Assembly: GCA_030390025.1 (NCBI GenBank)
Contig: CM059438.1
Coordinates: 66,962,001-67,026,000, forward strand
Length of the DNA stretch: 64,000 nt
Direction: 5' to 3'
Origin: Squalus acanthias
Taxonomy: Eukaryota
Shown: one piece after another, positions 38,637 to 50,561 of the stretch
Layout of the letters: each line of letters starts with the position of its first letter
How positions within the stretch are numbered: position 1 is the first letter of the stretch
The notes under the pieces: generated by a model
Told to the model about the DNA's origin: nothing
Database searches by the model: none
The model's input: the letters and a program-made list of their open reading frames with translations, nothing else
Position numbers and translations under genes: made by a program

Positions 38637-39722
38637 GTGGCAATCATGGCCAGGCGGAGGAGGGCCAACAGGCCTCTGTACAGGAGAGCTTACCCTCCCA
38701 GGGTATTTCAGCAACAATTCTCCTACATTAATTTGTCTGAGGAGCAGTGTTTGTGCAGGCTGCGCTTCAGCAAGGAGGTGGTGACTGAGCTCTGCCACCT
38801 GCTGCAGCCAGATCTGCAGCCTCTACTGAGGACCAGGATGTCTCTGTCGGTGGCAGTGAAGATAACAGTGGCTCTCAACTTTTATACCACCGGCTCCTTT
38901 CAAGCAGCTACTGGGGACATTGCCAATATCTCCCAGTTCGTGGTCCATTGCTGTATCTGTCAGGTCACAAATGCCCTCTATAAAAGGTGACGCCAGTATA
39001 TCTCTCTCTATGACCCGGGATAAACAACATGAACGCGCATTGGGCTTTGCAAGGATAGCGGGCTTCCCCATGGTGCAGGGCGCCATTGACTGCACGCATG
39101 TGACATTGCGGGCACCGCATGAGAATGCAGAGGTTTTCCAAAACCGCAAGGGGTTCCACTCCTTAAACGTCCAGTTGGTTTGTGACCACAGACAGCTGAT
39201 ACTCGCAGTCAATGCCCGCTATCCTGGCAGCAGCTATGATGCTTTCATCCTGCGCCAGACTGGTGTGCCAGAGCTTTTCCAGGCACCGCATCAGCCAAGT
39301 GGTTGGCTCCTCGGGGACAAGGGTTATCCACTGTGCACCTGGCTGATGACACCGCTCCGTAACCCCAACACCCCTGCTGAGCTGCAGTACATCGAGAGCC
39401 ATCTCGGCACCAGGAACATCGTTGAGCAGACGATCGGTGTGCTTAAGCAACGGTTCCACTGTCTGGACCACTCAGGAGGAGCCCTGCAGTAGTCGCCTGA
39501 GTGAGTCTCCCTCTTCATAGTTGTGTGCTGCATGCTGCATAACCTGGCAATCTCAGGACACAGCCAATGCCACCAGGCCTTGGTGCACCACCAGAGGATG
39601 AGGAGGAAGAGGAGGAGGAAGAGGAGGAGGATGATCAGCAGCAGCACCAAGGCGGGAGGGAGGCCCACAATGTTGAAACTGCAAGGGCCGTCCGTCAATG
39701 GCTGATAACAAGCCGCTTCTAG
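38637..39722 (+). pseudogene. Harbinger (HARBI1-like) DDE transposase
   Basis: GAIDCTHV, NRKGFHSLNVQLVCD, PGSSYDA, LLGDKGY, RNIVEQTIGVLKQRF, CCMLHN motifs; frameshift near 38990 and stops near 39490 and 39500. Confidence 0.95.
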
Positions 39723-40033
39723 GCCCCTACTGAGGAAATGGCTTCTGCCATGAAGAACAACATGAATGAAAACAACCCGCAACCCCTAAGCCGACCAAGG
39801 CAGCAATGATTCCAAAGGCCAAACCTGTACATTTTGAATACAAAAACTTTTTTATTTTACAAATTCTGTGTGTGTCATTTCTTCATGACAAACTAATAGA
39901 AACAAACACAAAAAATCATTCATTAACATAACTGGTTCTCACAACCTGGAGATAATGTCCAAAACACTAAACCAAAGTTTGACCACAAACCTCGGCCTTT
40001 AATAAAAAATTGACCAACATTTTGTCACACCTC

Positions 40034-41858
40034 CTACTTTTTGCCCTTCGAGGGTGATCTCCTTCCCTTGCGCACTTCCCCCTTTCCCACCCTACTGCTC
40101 CTCCGTAATGGGGCCCCAGTGGCTGCAGCAAGGCTGGTGGAAGGCTGCTGAATGTCAGATCCTGAGACTGCAGATGCCCTTGAAGGATGACCTCGACCAG
40201 CTCTGGGCCTGGAGGGCCCGGTTGCAGACTGCACCAACTCTGCATGGGCGGCAGCAGTCTGGGCTACAGGCGGTGGCAAGTGCAATGGGGAAGTGACAGT
40301 GGTGGCAGCAGGAATGCTTTCATCTTGAGAGAGGACAGCAACTCCCTGCTCGACCGACACACTGGCACTCCCACGGGGTAGCACCTCAGCATCCGGAGCA
40401 ATCTGCTGGAGCACAGATTGCTGGCCTGCTGCGGCGCGGTGAGAGCCCCGGGGAAATGTGTCCGAACCAGCGACAATGGCAGCAGTCAGTGCTTGCATGA
40501 CCTCAATCTGAGTCTGCATGAGAGCAGTCTGAGATGGGATCATGGCAGCCAGTGACTGAATTGCAGCACTAAGCTTTAGCGTGGCATCCGCCTGTGCTAC
40601 AGCGAAGTGCTCCACACTCCTTGCCAGTGATTCAATGCATTCGGGCACCCTTCCCACTGCACCCATGAGCTCAGTGTGCATATCCACCACCTGGGTGTTC
40701 ATTTCAGCGATGAGCCGCTCCTCCTCTGCGTCCAGTGCAGCAGGACTCACTGGCATACTCTCCTTCCGGGGAGAAGGCCCCCGACCTTCCCTAGCCACAT
40801 CGCGGTGCTGCAGCCCGCTGGGTCCTGGAGCTTCACCCTCATCAGACCCTTCCCCCCTGCTCCCCTCCAAGGAAGACGTGGTCCCACTGTGGGCATGGGC
40901 TTCCTCAGGAGAGGGTGGCGCTGATGCTCCGGCTTCCTCTTCCTCCTCGCCTGAAGTTTCACACCCACTGGCAGCTTCAGGGCCCGTCTCCTCAGCTGGT
41001 GAATCACCATTTGAAAGCAGGGAGGTACAAGAGTGGATTTAGCGTGAGGACAGGGGGGCAGGGCAGTAAGGGAGGAAGGAGTGCAGCGATTTAGTAAGTT
41101 GGATTGAAAGTGTCAAAGGCTGGTGCTGTGAGGGACAAGTGGAATGAGAGAGGAGAGAAAGCTGATGACCTTAAAATTGCTGTCCCGAATGGGGTCGGCC
41201 TCTCTAGGGGCGACGGGACCGATCACCCGGCTTGCCACAATCCAGTGGATGTGCGCCTCAAGATCGCTGAGGGGTTGCAGCTGAGGCCGCCCTCCACCCG
41301 TCCGTTGCTGCTGTCTCTTATTATGAGATAGCTTGGCCTGCAAGAAAAAGGACGGCATCTGAGTAAATATGCAGCCATGGTCTTGCCTGATGTGCCTCCC
41401 ATAATTGAATAGCCCTTAATGTATGCAGCCATGGTCTTGCCTGAGGTGCCTCCCATAGTTGAATAGCCCTTACTGTATGCAAAGTGTGGAATGTGCGTGT
41501 GTGTTTCATGAGAGGGCCATAGGTGTTGGATGACTGTTGGGCCTTGGGGTTTTAAGACCCTCTGGCCATAGAGTGAGGTTGAGATGGAGGGATGGAGAGG
41601 TATTGAAAAAAAGCCACTCACCCTGACGACCCGACTGAGGTTGTTAAACTTTTTGCGACATTGAGTATGGGTCCTGGTCACCATGCTGCTGGAGGAGACG
41701 CTCTGAGCCACCTCCCTCCACACTCTTCTGTAGTCGCACGGCAAAGTCCTCCTGCCACTCTCAGGGTAGAGTATAGATCTTCTGCGCTCCACCGCACCAA
41801 CCAGAGCCTCCAAGGCCCGCTCGCTGAAGCGTTGAGCTCGTTCTCTCACCCTCTCCAT
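40034..41858 (-). pseudogene. Harbinger Myb/SANT-like DNA-binding protein, 3 exons (41858-41622, 41337-about 41170, about 41010-40034)
   Basis: Exon 1 RAQRFSERALEAL..WREVA..RTHTQCRKKFNNL with AGG|GTGAGT donor; exon 2 AKLSHNKRQQQRTGGG after TTCTTGCAG; acidic / coiled-coil exon 3 whose acceptor reads CAA. Confidence 0.88.
41368..41480. repeat. 54-bp tandem duplication in Myb gene intron 1
   Basis: TATGCAGCCATGGTCTTGCCTGA..GAATAGCCCTTA at 41368 and 41422. Confidence 0.9.
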
Positions 41859-43147
41859 AGTCCTTGGCTGGAAAATGTAGTCACAGGTCTCTCCAGGCCG
41901 AGATTCAAGGCTCCAATGAGCAGGGTGTGGCTGGAGAGCAAGATCGACCCTCCCCTTTAAGAACTGGCCGGCGCTAGTGTGTCTGTGTTCCATCGCTAAC
42001 TGACATCACCTGCGCTGCGCCCGCGCTCTGAGTTAGCGCCTCGCTCCTTGGCCTTAAGACAGGTGTGCAGCGCCTGATTTAGCGCTCCAATCACCTGCAG
42101 GGGCGATAAAACCAAGTTTGCAGTCAGAGGCGATAATTAGCGCCAGGTGCTAAACTTTGCGCCCGGCCGATAATCGCGCCCCAAACGGGGCGATACTGAA
42201 TTTCTCCCCCCTTTACTCTTATACTCAAATCCTCTTATAATAAATCTAACATACTATTTGCTTTCCTAATTGCTTACTGTACCTGCATGTTAACTTTCAG
42301 TGATTTGTGTACAAGGACACCCAGGTCCCTCTGAACACCAACATTTCACAATCTCTCACCATTTAAAAAATACTCGGCTTTCCTACTTTTCCTACCAAAG
42401 TGGATAACTTCACATTTCTTCACATTATATTCCATTTGCCACGTTCTTGCCCACTCACTTAGCCTGTCTATATCCCCTTGAAGCCTCTTTGCATCCTCCT
42501 CACAACTTACATTCCCACCCAGCTTTGTATCATCTGCAAACTTGGATATATTACATTTGATCCCCTCATTCAAATCATTGATATAGATTGTGAATAGCTG
42601 AGGCCCAAGCACTGATCCTACGGTACCCCACTAGTTACAGCATGCCAACCCGAAAATGACCCATTTATTCCTACTCTGTATTCTGTCCGTTAACCAATCC
42701 TCAATCCATGCTAGTATATTAACCCCACTCCCATGAGCCCTAATTGTGTTTAATAACCTTTTGTGTGGCACCTTATTGAATGCCTTCTGAAAATCCAAAT
42801 ACACCACATCCACTGGTTCCCCCTTGTCTATTTTGCTAGTAACAACCTCAAAGAACTCACAGATTCGTCAAACATGATTTCCCTTTCATAAATCCGTGCT
42901 GACTCTGCCCAATCCTATTATTATTTTCTAAGTGCCCTGTTACCACGTCCTTAATAATAGATTCTAGCATTTTCCCGACTACTGATGTCAGGCTAACTGG
43001 TCTGTAGTTCCCCGTTTTCTCTCTTCCCCCCTTTCTGAAATAGTGGGGTTACATTTGATATCTAACAAGTAGTCAGATTGTGCATTTGGATTGTACATGA
43101 ACATCAAGGATGAAATGGTGATGGTACAGAAATACAGTTGAGTTCCA

Positions 43148-45110
43148 TTGATGTATTTGGACTTTCAGAAGGCTTTCGATAAGGTCCCGCATAAGAGATT
43201 AGCGTGCAAAGTTAAAGCACATGGGATTGGGGGTAAGGTACTGACTTGGATAGAGAAATGGTTGGCAGAAAGGAAGCAAAGAGTTGGAATAAACGGGTCT
43301 TTTTCCCAGTGGCAGGCAGTGACTAGTGGGGTACCGCAGGGATCAGTGCTAGGACCCTAGTTATTCACAATGGGCCAGAAATTCGGGGCGGAGGCTTACC
43401 GTGAACGCAAGCCCCCGACCTGCACTTGCATAGCGCGCCTGCCTTTGTGCTGTGGGCCCGCATGGGATTCCGATCCTGGGCCTCCTCCAGCTGCCGATGT
43501 GCAGTGCTCGCGTATCCCAGCGACAAAGCTAGTTCACAGCGTCCCCTGGGATCACGTGGGCCATGGGGAGCCAATCGGAGCAGGGAATCTCCATTCATAG
43601 ATTTGACAGGAAGACCTATCAAATCTATGAATAGAGATCGGCCCCAAAACCTAAGTAAAACTTCAAATAATTTTTTTTTTAAAAATCACATTTTTAAAAT
43701 AACTATAAATTACATAAATTAACTATTTTAAACAAAAATTTAAATTTTTGAAAAAATTAATTACACTTTTTAACAGGGCTAAAAATAAACTTACCTTTCT
43801 TTAAAGTATTTAAAAATGATAAACCTGTGGAAAAAATGTTTCAATTTTACTTAATTCACCTTCTACCTTGTTAAAAGCAAGCCTTGCGCCTGCTTTTTCC
43901 ACGCGCAGCTGCTAGGGACTTACCCGCACGGAGAAACCTGTAAAAAAAAAAGCGGAAGATCCATGTCTATGCGCTGCCTCTCCGGCACACACGTTTGACC
44001 TGTGAACCCCTTCCTTCAAGGGAACGGAAGTTCCGGTTTCCAGCGCATGCGCAACTTTTGTTGGCCTTACAGGTGAGTACACAGCGCATACTCACCCGTG
44101 GGGACCCGAATTTCTGGGCCCTTATATATTAATGATCTAGATGAGGGAACTAGATGTAATATCTCCAAGTTTGCAGACGACACAAAGCTGGGTGGGCGTG
44201 TGTGCTGTGAGGAGGATGCAGAGAAACTCCAGTATGATTTGGACAGGTTGGGTGATTGGGCAGATGCATGGCAGATGCAGTATAATGTGGATAAATGCGA
44301 GGTTATCCACTTTGGTGGCAAAAACAGGAAGGCAGATTATTATCTGAACGGCAAAAGATTGGGAAAAGGGGAAGTGCAACGAGACCTGGGTGTCCTTGTG
44401 CACCAGTCGCTGAAGGTAAGCATGCAGGTGCAGCAGGCGGTTAGAAGGCAAATGGTATGTTGGCTTTCATAGCGAGAGGATTCGAGTACAGGAGCAAGGA
44501 TGTCTTGCTGCAGTTGTACAGAGCCATGGTGAGACCACACCTTGAGTATTGTGTGCAGTTTTGGTCACCTTATCTGAGGAAGGATGTTCTTGCCATGGAG
44601 AGAGTGCAGCAAAGATTCACCAGACTAATACCTGGGATGGCAGGAATGACGTATGAAGAGAAATTGGGTCGATTGGGCTTGTATTCGCTAGAGTTTAGAA
44701 GAATGAGAGGGGATCTCATTGAAACTTATAAAATTCTAACAGGACTAGACAGACTAGATGCAGGAAGGATGTTCCCGATGGCGGGGGAGTCCAGAACCAG
44801 GGGTCACAGTCTAAGGATAAGGGGTAAGCCATTTAGGACTGAGATGAGGAGGAATTTCTTCACCCAGAGAGTGGTAAACCTGTGGAATTCTCTACCACTG
44901 AAGGCAGTTGAGGCCAATTCATTAAATATATTCAAGAAGGAGTTAGATATCTTTCTTAAGGCTAAAGGGATCAAGGGCTATGGGGAGAAAGCAGGGACAG
45001 GGCACTGAATTTGGATGATCAGCCATGATCTCATTAAATGGCGGAACAGGCTCGAGGGGCCGAATGGCCTACTCCTGCTCCTATCTTCTATGTTTCTATG
45101 CTTCTATGTA
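43148..45110 (+). mobile_element. Young CR1 (43148-43371 + 44121-45110) split by a MITE
   Basis: ORFs 43148-43360, 44098-44472, 44457-45008; near-identical to 32947-34099. Confidence 0.95.
43372..44120. mobile_element. Harbinger-type MITE (GGCC-TIR group)
   Basis: TIRs GGGCCAGAAATTCGGG / CCCGAATTTCTGGGCC; interrupts CR1 at QLFT|IYIN. Confidence 0.9.
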
Positions 45111-45289
45111 TACATATGGAAACAGTTTCAAGACAGATGACAAATTGGAGAGAAGCAAGAACAGAACTGTAAGGCTCACCAAAGATCATTGTGAACATGG
45201 TAGGAGAAAAAGGGAAGGTGAAACTCTGGGAGAAGATGCCCCAATCCAGTCACTATGGGTAGGGATGGAATCATGGAAGTTTACCTTGA

Positions 45290-46260
45290 AGTAGAGGTGG
45301 TAGAGAGAGATTGGTCAACAGTGCCAAAGGCAGTGTGGAAAATGAGGGACAGCTAGCGGCAGTCAAATTCACAGGATGTCATTGGTTAATTGAACGAGGA
45401 TGGGCACACCCTTTGGCTGATTGGAAACTGGATAGGTGGGATTCAAAATAAGGAGTGGCCATACAGGTAAGCTCATACGTGGGTGGAAATGATGAAAGCA
45501 AGGATAGGATAAGGTAGCAGTTTGTAAGGGTGGAGGGATCAAGGCTGGCCTTTTTTGGGGAAGGTGATGGTGACTTCAAAAGGGCTAGGAAGCATACTTG
45601 AAAGAAGGGAGAACTTGATGGTGTCATGATATGGATTTGAAAGTGGAAATTGGATGGCGAGGAACGGGATTGTAAGGGAGCAGCTGGTGCTCTTCTTTGA
45701 AGAAATAAATTAGTCTGATGAGGGGTTGGTGCTTGTTGGAGAGAGATGGGGAGGCGCTTCAGCAATTAGAGAGTATGGGGTTTGGGAGGATTGAGGGACA
45801 GGGAGGGGAAATTGTGACTCGTGATTGGCTTTCCTGTATAAAAGTGGGAGAGTTTGTATAGATAAAGGGATGAGGTTCAGGGAGGACCAGAGGGCAGATC
45901 ATTCCGAAGAGATGGGGCATTTTGAGTTCCGCTCCAGGTTGAAGTTGCTCAGTCCAAAAGCTGAATAAGAACAGAAGAGAGGAGCTTTTGGTAATGAAGG
46001 CACCAGGGATGCCTGGGACAATAGATGATGATTGTGAAGGAGAGGTGGGAAGGATGGTGGAAGGTGCGACATTAAATTAAGGAAAGGGTATTGGAGGATA
46101 TATAATGAATGCTGAAGCATGGCAATTTAGGAGGGGGTTGTGGTGGAATGTGTAATCAAGTGGGGTGCTCTTGATAGGAGAGATAGAAGTGCCCTGGATG
46201 AGGCTCAGGGCTCAAGACTCATTGGAAAGTGGTAGAAAGTGGAGAGCGATGAGGAAAATT
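45290..46260 (-). mobile_element. Highly degenerate L2-type ORF2 fragment
   Basis: KKASLDPSTLTNCY remnant; purine-rich plus strand. Confidence 0.55.
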
Positions 46261-48263
46261 GGGGCTTGCACTATTACAACGGCACAGATTGAGCAAAAGA
46301 TGATTCTAAATAGCAACAGTGGTGCACACCTTGTTATCCCCAAACCAAATCACAACAGCATTAGTCTGACCTCTTGACGCTACTGAAAGTGCATCACGTA
46401 CAACTTTCCTGTCACTGCCAATTTTACTTCTCGTAAATGTCATCTTCAAGCTAAACTATAATTTATCGCTACCATTTCAACAGCAACTTCCACTGTGGAA
46501 AGGGCAAAGACCACATTTTTTTATCGTGGTGGTTGGAAAATCAAGAAACGGAACAATGAAACACCACTGCCTGTCTGCTGCTCATATTGACTGTCGGGAG
46601 GTTACTTGTACTGTTTCTCCAAAGGCTGGCACTTCCATCCTAGTTTTGTGTGTAAAGTGACTACTGTTCATCACATTTGTGTGACCTTTCAGAATCGGAG
46701 TTCTTCTCAAGTTGAGATATTTCAGCATCCACTGCTTCTATTTTTTCCTTCCCTGTCAGGTGTCAGGTCTCAACTGAAGCTAATACTGCCCTTGCCAGAG
46801 GCTGCTACACCTGGCTCGACATATACACTTGACAAGTATCTGATGCCCTGTTATCAGAAAGATGTTCCAATAGAGTAGATGGTGTTGCCTTGAAGATCGA
46901 TATTGGACTCGGAGCACATAGATATTGAACGTTGAAGTCCCTTTGCTCAATTCAGAGCGTGGCACTGACATGTGCGTTCATTCTGGATTCAGTGCTTTAA
47001 GTAACGTAAAATTCATCTCTCCAACTACCCTTCATGGGAAAGGAAGTTGTTCTTCTTAATCGTCCAGCTTCTAAGTCAAGCGAAGGGCTGGCTGAAACTA
47101 ATATTAGTCCACTTGAAGCTGGAGTGACTGGTAATAAAAACTGAAATGACTGCACTCTGATAATTTTTTCACAGCAATGAACAACTTCTGTTGAATAGAT
47201 GTTGAAATTCCATCCTCCAGCATACATGGGTGTGGGGGCGATTCCTCATGGGCTAATGGTCTGCTGTTCTTTAGTTCAAAGGAACAATTTCTATCCTTAA
47301 TAACAATAATAATAATCCGTGAACCGGTGCTGTGAGCAGAGGCAGTGGCTGTTACTTGTAATAAAAGGCTAATGGCCTGGCATCCTTCAGCTCAAAAGAT
47401 GGGTTTCTACATACAGTAATTATCAGTAACCAGTAGTGTGGCAGTAGCTATTATTTCTGCAGAAACAAATTTAGATCTTTTCCCCCCTCTTTAATTGCTT
47501 TTAGCAGATAAGGCGATGGCAGATGAGGTGCTGCTTTTGGGGAGGCTGGCAGTGAGTTCGGGCAATGCCTGGTCATCCTTTGAACTAACTAACATGTCTC
47601 ATCTTTTCCATCTGACTTCTCTCTTTTTTGTTTTTCTTTTGCAATTTGGTTTCACTTTTAACTTCAATGGATTGCACCCAGTGCAAACTGAATATACCAA
47701 ACCAATGGTTAACTTCTTAATTGTGAATGAGCTGAAGCAGGGAGGAGACCCTACTGTTGTGTTATTGAAGATGCCTCCTGAACCTGAAAGTACATTACTG
47801 CTGCTGTCAAATCAGCACAGCCTTTTGGGATAACTTTTCTCTTTTGCTTCTTGTGGTATAATTTAATGCAAACTGTAAAGGTTTGAAGTTTAAAAAAAAA
47901 AATGATTTCAATACATATCCTTCGAATACTGAGCCCTTTTTTAATCTGCTGATTTATTTTCTAAGATGATGAGCGCTCCCTCTTTATTTTATTTTATACT
48001 GTCATGCCTGGCTTGAAAGTTATGACTGATAGGTGTTGGATCAGTTCTTTATTCAACAACTCCTGCTTGATTCACAAATAGACAAAGATTAAGAGAAAGC
48101 GCATGTATTCTGTGTAAGCGACAGTATTTTCAGCATATAAATAACATTTGGAATAAAAGCTCCAAATATATTTATGATTTGACCAGATGAATGAGTCCAA
48201 CTTTCAGCACTGATTCTCTTTGGAACCAGCAGCAGTGTTTCACTAGTATTGAAAGCATCCTGC

Positions 48264-49205
48264 TGTAAGAACTTTATGATTTCTCAGAGTGCTTGGACGT
48301 GACACCAAAATAGGTAGCAACCAGTAGTACTTGGGCAATAGATCAAGAATTTATTATGATGTGGAGATGCCGGTGTTGGACTGGGGTGGACAAATGTGAG
48401 AAGTCGCACAACAACAGGTTATAGTCCAACAGCTTTATTTGAAATCACAAGCTTTCGGAGCGCTGCCGAAGGAGCAGCGCTCCGAAAGCTTGTGATTTCA
48501 AATAAAGCTGTTGGTCTATAACCTGGTGTTGTGCGACTTCTCACAAGAATTTATTAAGTGTAGTACAAAGTAATATACTTAACAGGCGATAGTTAAATGT
48601 ATAGCTCACAGCCCCTGGTCTCTGGAGCCTCTCGGACACAGGTGACGTCATCTTCAGTCTGCTCCTTCGCTCTTGGTTCTTCGCGGTAGATCTGTGTAAA
48701 GTTGTTCTTTGAGTATCGAGGTTTTAACCCCTTTCTTATCAAAAGTGTGTTTGGCCAGTGTCCATATATGGTCTTAAACAAAATCACCTTTTTTTAATTG
48801 GTTCTAATGGTCAAAATACCATTGTCACTCAGATTAAGGTTAACATCTTGGCCCCGCCGGGCTCAGTATTTTTCCTGCAACTTTACCATGCTCATTGTTA
48901 TCTTGTTTATACGTTCTTCACCCCATTGGACTTTGCCTCATCTCTCTCATCATTCAATCTTCGCTGGTACAACCAGTACAAGGCCTCGTAAACTGCGTGA
49001 CTGTCTGTTATCAGAACTAGTCAAGACTGTTTCTGACTGTCCTTGTGGTTACATTTTGAACAAGCCTTAGCATTTTAGTTACAAGTTAATATGGCTCATA
49101 CCCAGGAGTAATTATGGGTAAGATTAGTTGGTCAATGGCTGCACTTAAATTTATACATATGGTTCTCATCTACTAAGGACCTCTATTATATCAATCTTTC
49201 GCACA
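48264..49205 (-). mobile_element. Solo LTR (about 740 bp plus nested PLE insert)
   Basis: TGT...ACA termini; 4-bp TSD CTGC (48260-48263, 49206-49209); AATAAA on minus near 48350. Confidence 0.65.
48357..48543. mobile_element. Palindromic (inverted pLTR) Penelope-like insertion
   Basis: 72-bp inverted arms 48395-48466 / 48474-48545 with 2 mismatches; 13-bp TSD CAAGAATTTATTA (48344-48356, 48544-48556). Confidence 0.88.
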
Positions 49206-49825
49206 CTGCCTTGTCCTTTTATCTCATCCCCCTGCCCTCTTTTCCCAGCCCATCTCCCTTGGGTTTTGCTAGGAGATGCATCATTCTCAAGGCCAGTGAT
49301 TTGTAGTTTCATAGGAAATATGGATGGAAATTTGGTATTGGATCCCTGAAGTAAGTAATCAAAATCCTGGAGAATCCAAAGGAATAAAAACGAAATCTCA
49401 TTTATTCAAACACCATAGACCAATGGCCCTCATTATTAATGGATGGAACTTGATCCTCAGAACATCAGTATAAATCATACAATACCAATTAATAACAGAA
49501 TTTGACTTATTTTGTCACAACCAGCCAATGGCCCTAATGATTTTTTCGTAAGGACCAGGTGGATTGACCCCAAGCTCTTGTCAGTTGAACTGTGCTTTAA
49601 GTTGTAGCTTAGCTTGTTGCAGGGCAGTGCTGTAATATGAACCAGCTGGCTCTAATGGCATTGCGACCCATTTCACAGCATCTTAATTTTTCTCCCGCAC
49701 CACTGGCATGGAGCAGAAATATCTCTGGCAGCCACGGGCTGCCATTTTCTTCTGGTCCTGGGTGGATTTAACTCTCTGTCTTTCGTTACGTTGTCAGCCT
49801 GTATGGATCTCTTTGAGATATATGA

Positions 49826-50057
49826 AAAGAAAGAAAGAAAGACTTGCATTTATATAGCGCCTTTCATGACCTTAGGACATCCCCAAAGTGCTTTACAGCC
49901 AATGAAGTACTTTTGAAGCGTAGTCACTGTTGTAATGTGGGAAACGCAGCAGCCAATTTGCGCACAGCAAGCTCCCACAAACAGCAGTGTGATAAAGACC
50001 GGATAATCTATTTCTTGTTAATGATGTTGATTGAGGGATAAATATTGACCAGGACAT
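49826..50057 (-). mobile_element. tRNA-SINE 3' half
   Basis: Colinear with 55510-55737; AAAG tail. Confidence 0.85.
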
Positions 50058-50561
50058 TTAAAAATTTGCTTTTTGAAATTAATGCCAGCTGTGCATTTTA
50101 ACCAACAAAACAGTGGTTGCTTTTTTGTACAATAACAAATCATGCTCTTTTCCTTTAAAAAAAAGGTTGCCCATTATACCACTTGTGATGGAATTTAGTT
50201 GGATGGATGTGGGGAGATTGTGGGAGTTATAGCATCACAAGGGATCTGTAACAAGGAGGAAATTGGAAAAGAAACACTACAGCTCCTGGAGTGCCTCATG
50301 GTGTCTTGGCACATGATGACTATAACAGTAGCTGTTCTGGTATTGCTGCTGGTGCTGTGAAATTTATCCTTCAATCTTAATTCAGAGTACCAGTTACAAA
50401 AATATATTATAGAACTACTAAATGCAATTCTGCAATACAAATGCAGCATTAAGCACAACAGTTAGAGGCAAGGATTATCTTTGCCTGGCTAAGTTCAGGA
50501 TTATTTTAACAGCCATAGAATGACATCAAAACTTAGATTTCAGAAACACTTCTCCAATATT

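Larger units (their letters stand above)
38058..42210. mobile_element. Full-length two-gene PIF/Harbinger DNA transposon (pseudogenised)
   Basis: TIRs GGGGGAAAAATTCGGT / ACTGAATTTCTCCCCC; 3-bp TSD CTT (38055-38057, 42211-42213); convergent transposase and Myb/SANT genes. Confidence 0.96.
37447..43057 (-). mobile_element. CR1 LINE (37447-38057 + 42211-43057) split by the full-length Harbinger
   Basis: Both halves colinear with 27069-28520; ORFs 37546-37908, 42346-42612, 42631-42813; TTGATA at both outer ends. Confidence 0.93.

Noticed and set aside
38637..39722. Host HARBI1 gene
   Set aside because: Lies between TIRs with a TSD, nested in a CR1, and has a frameshift and stops
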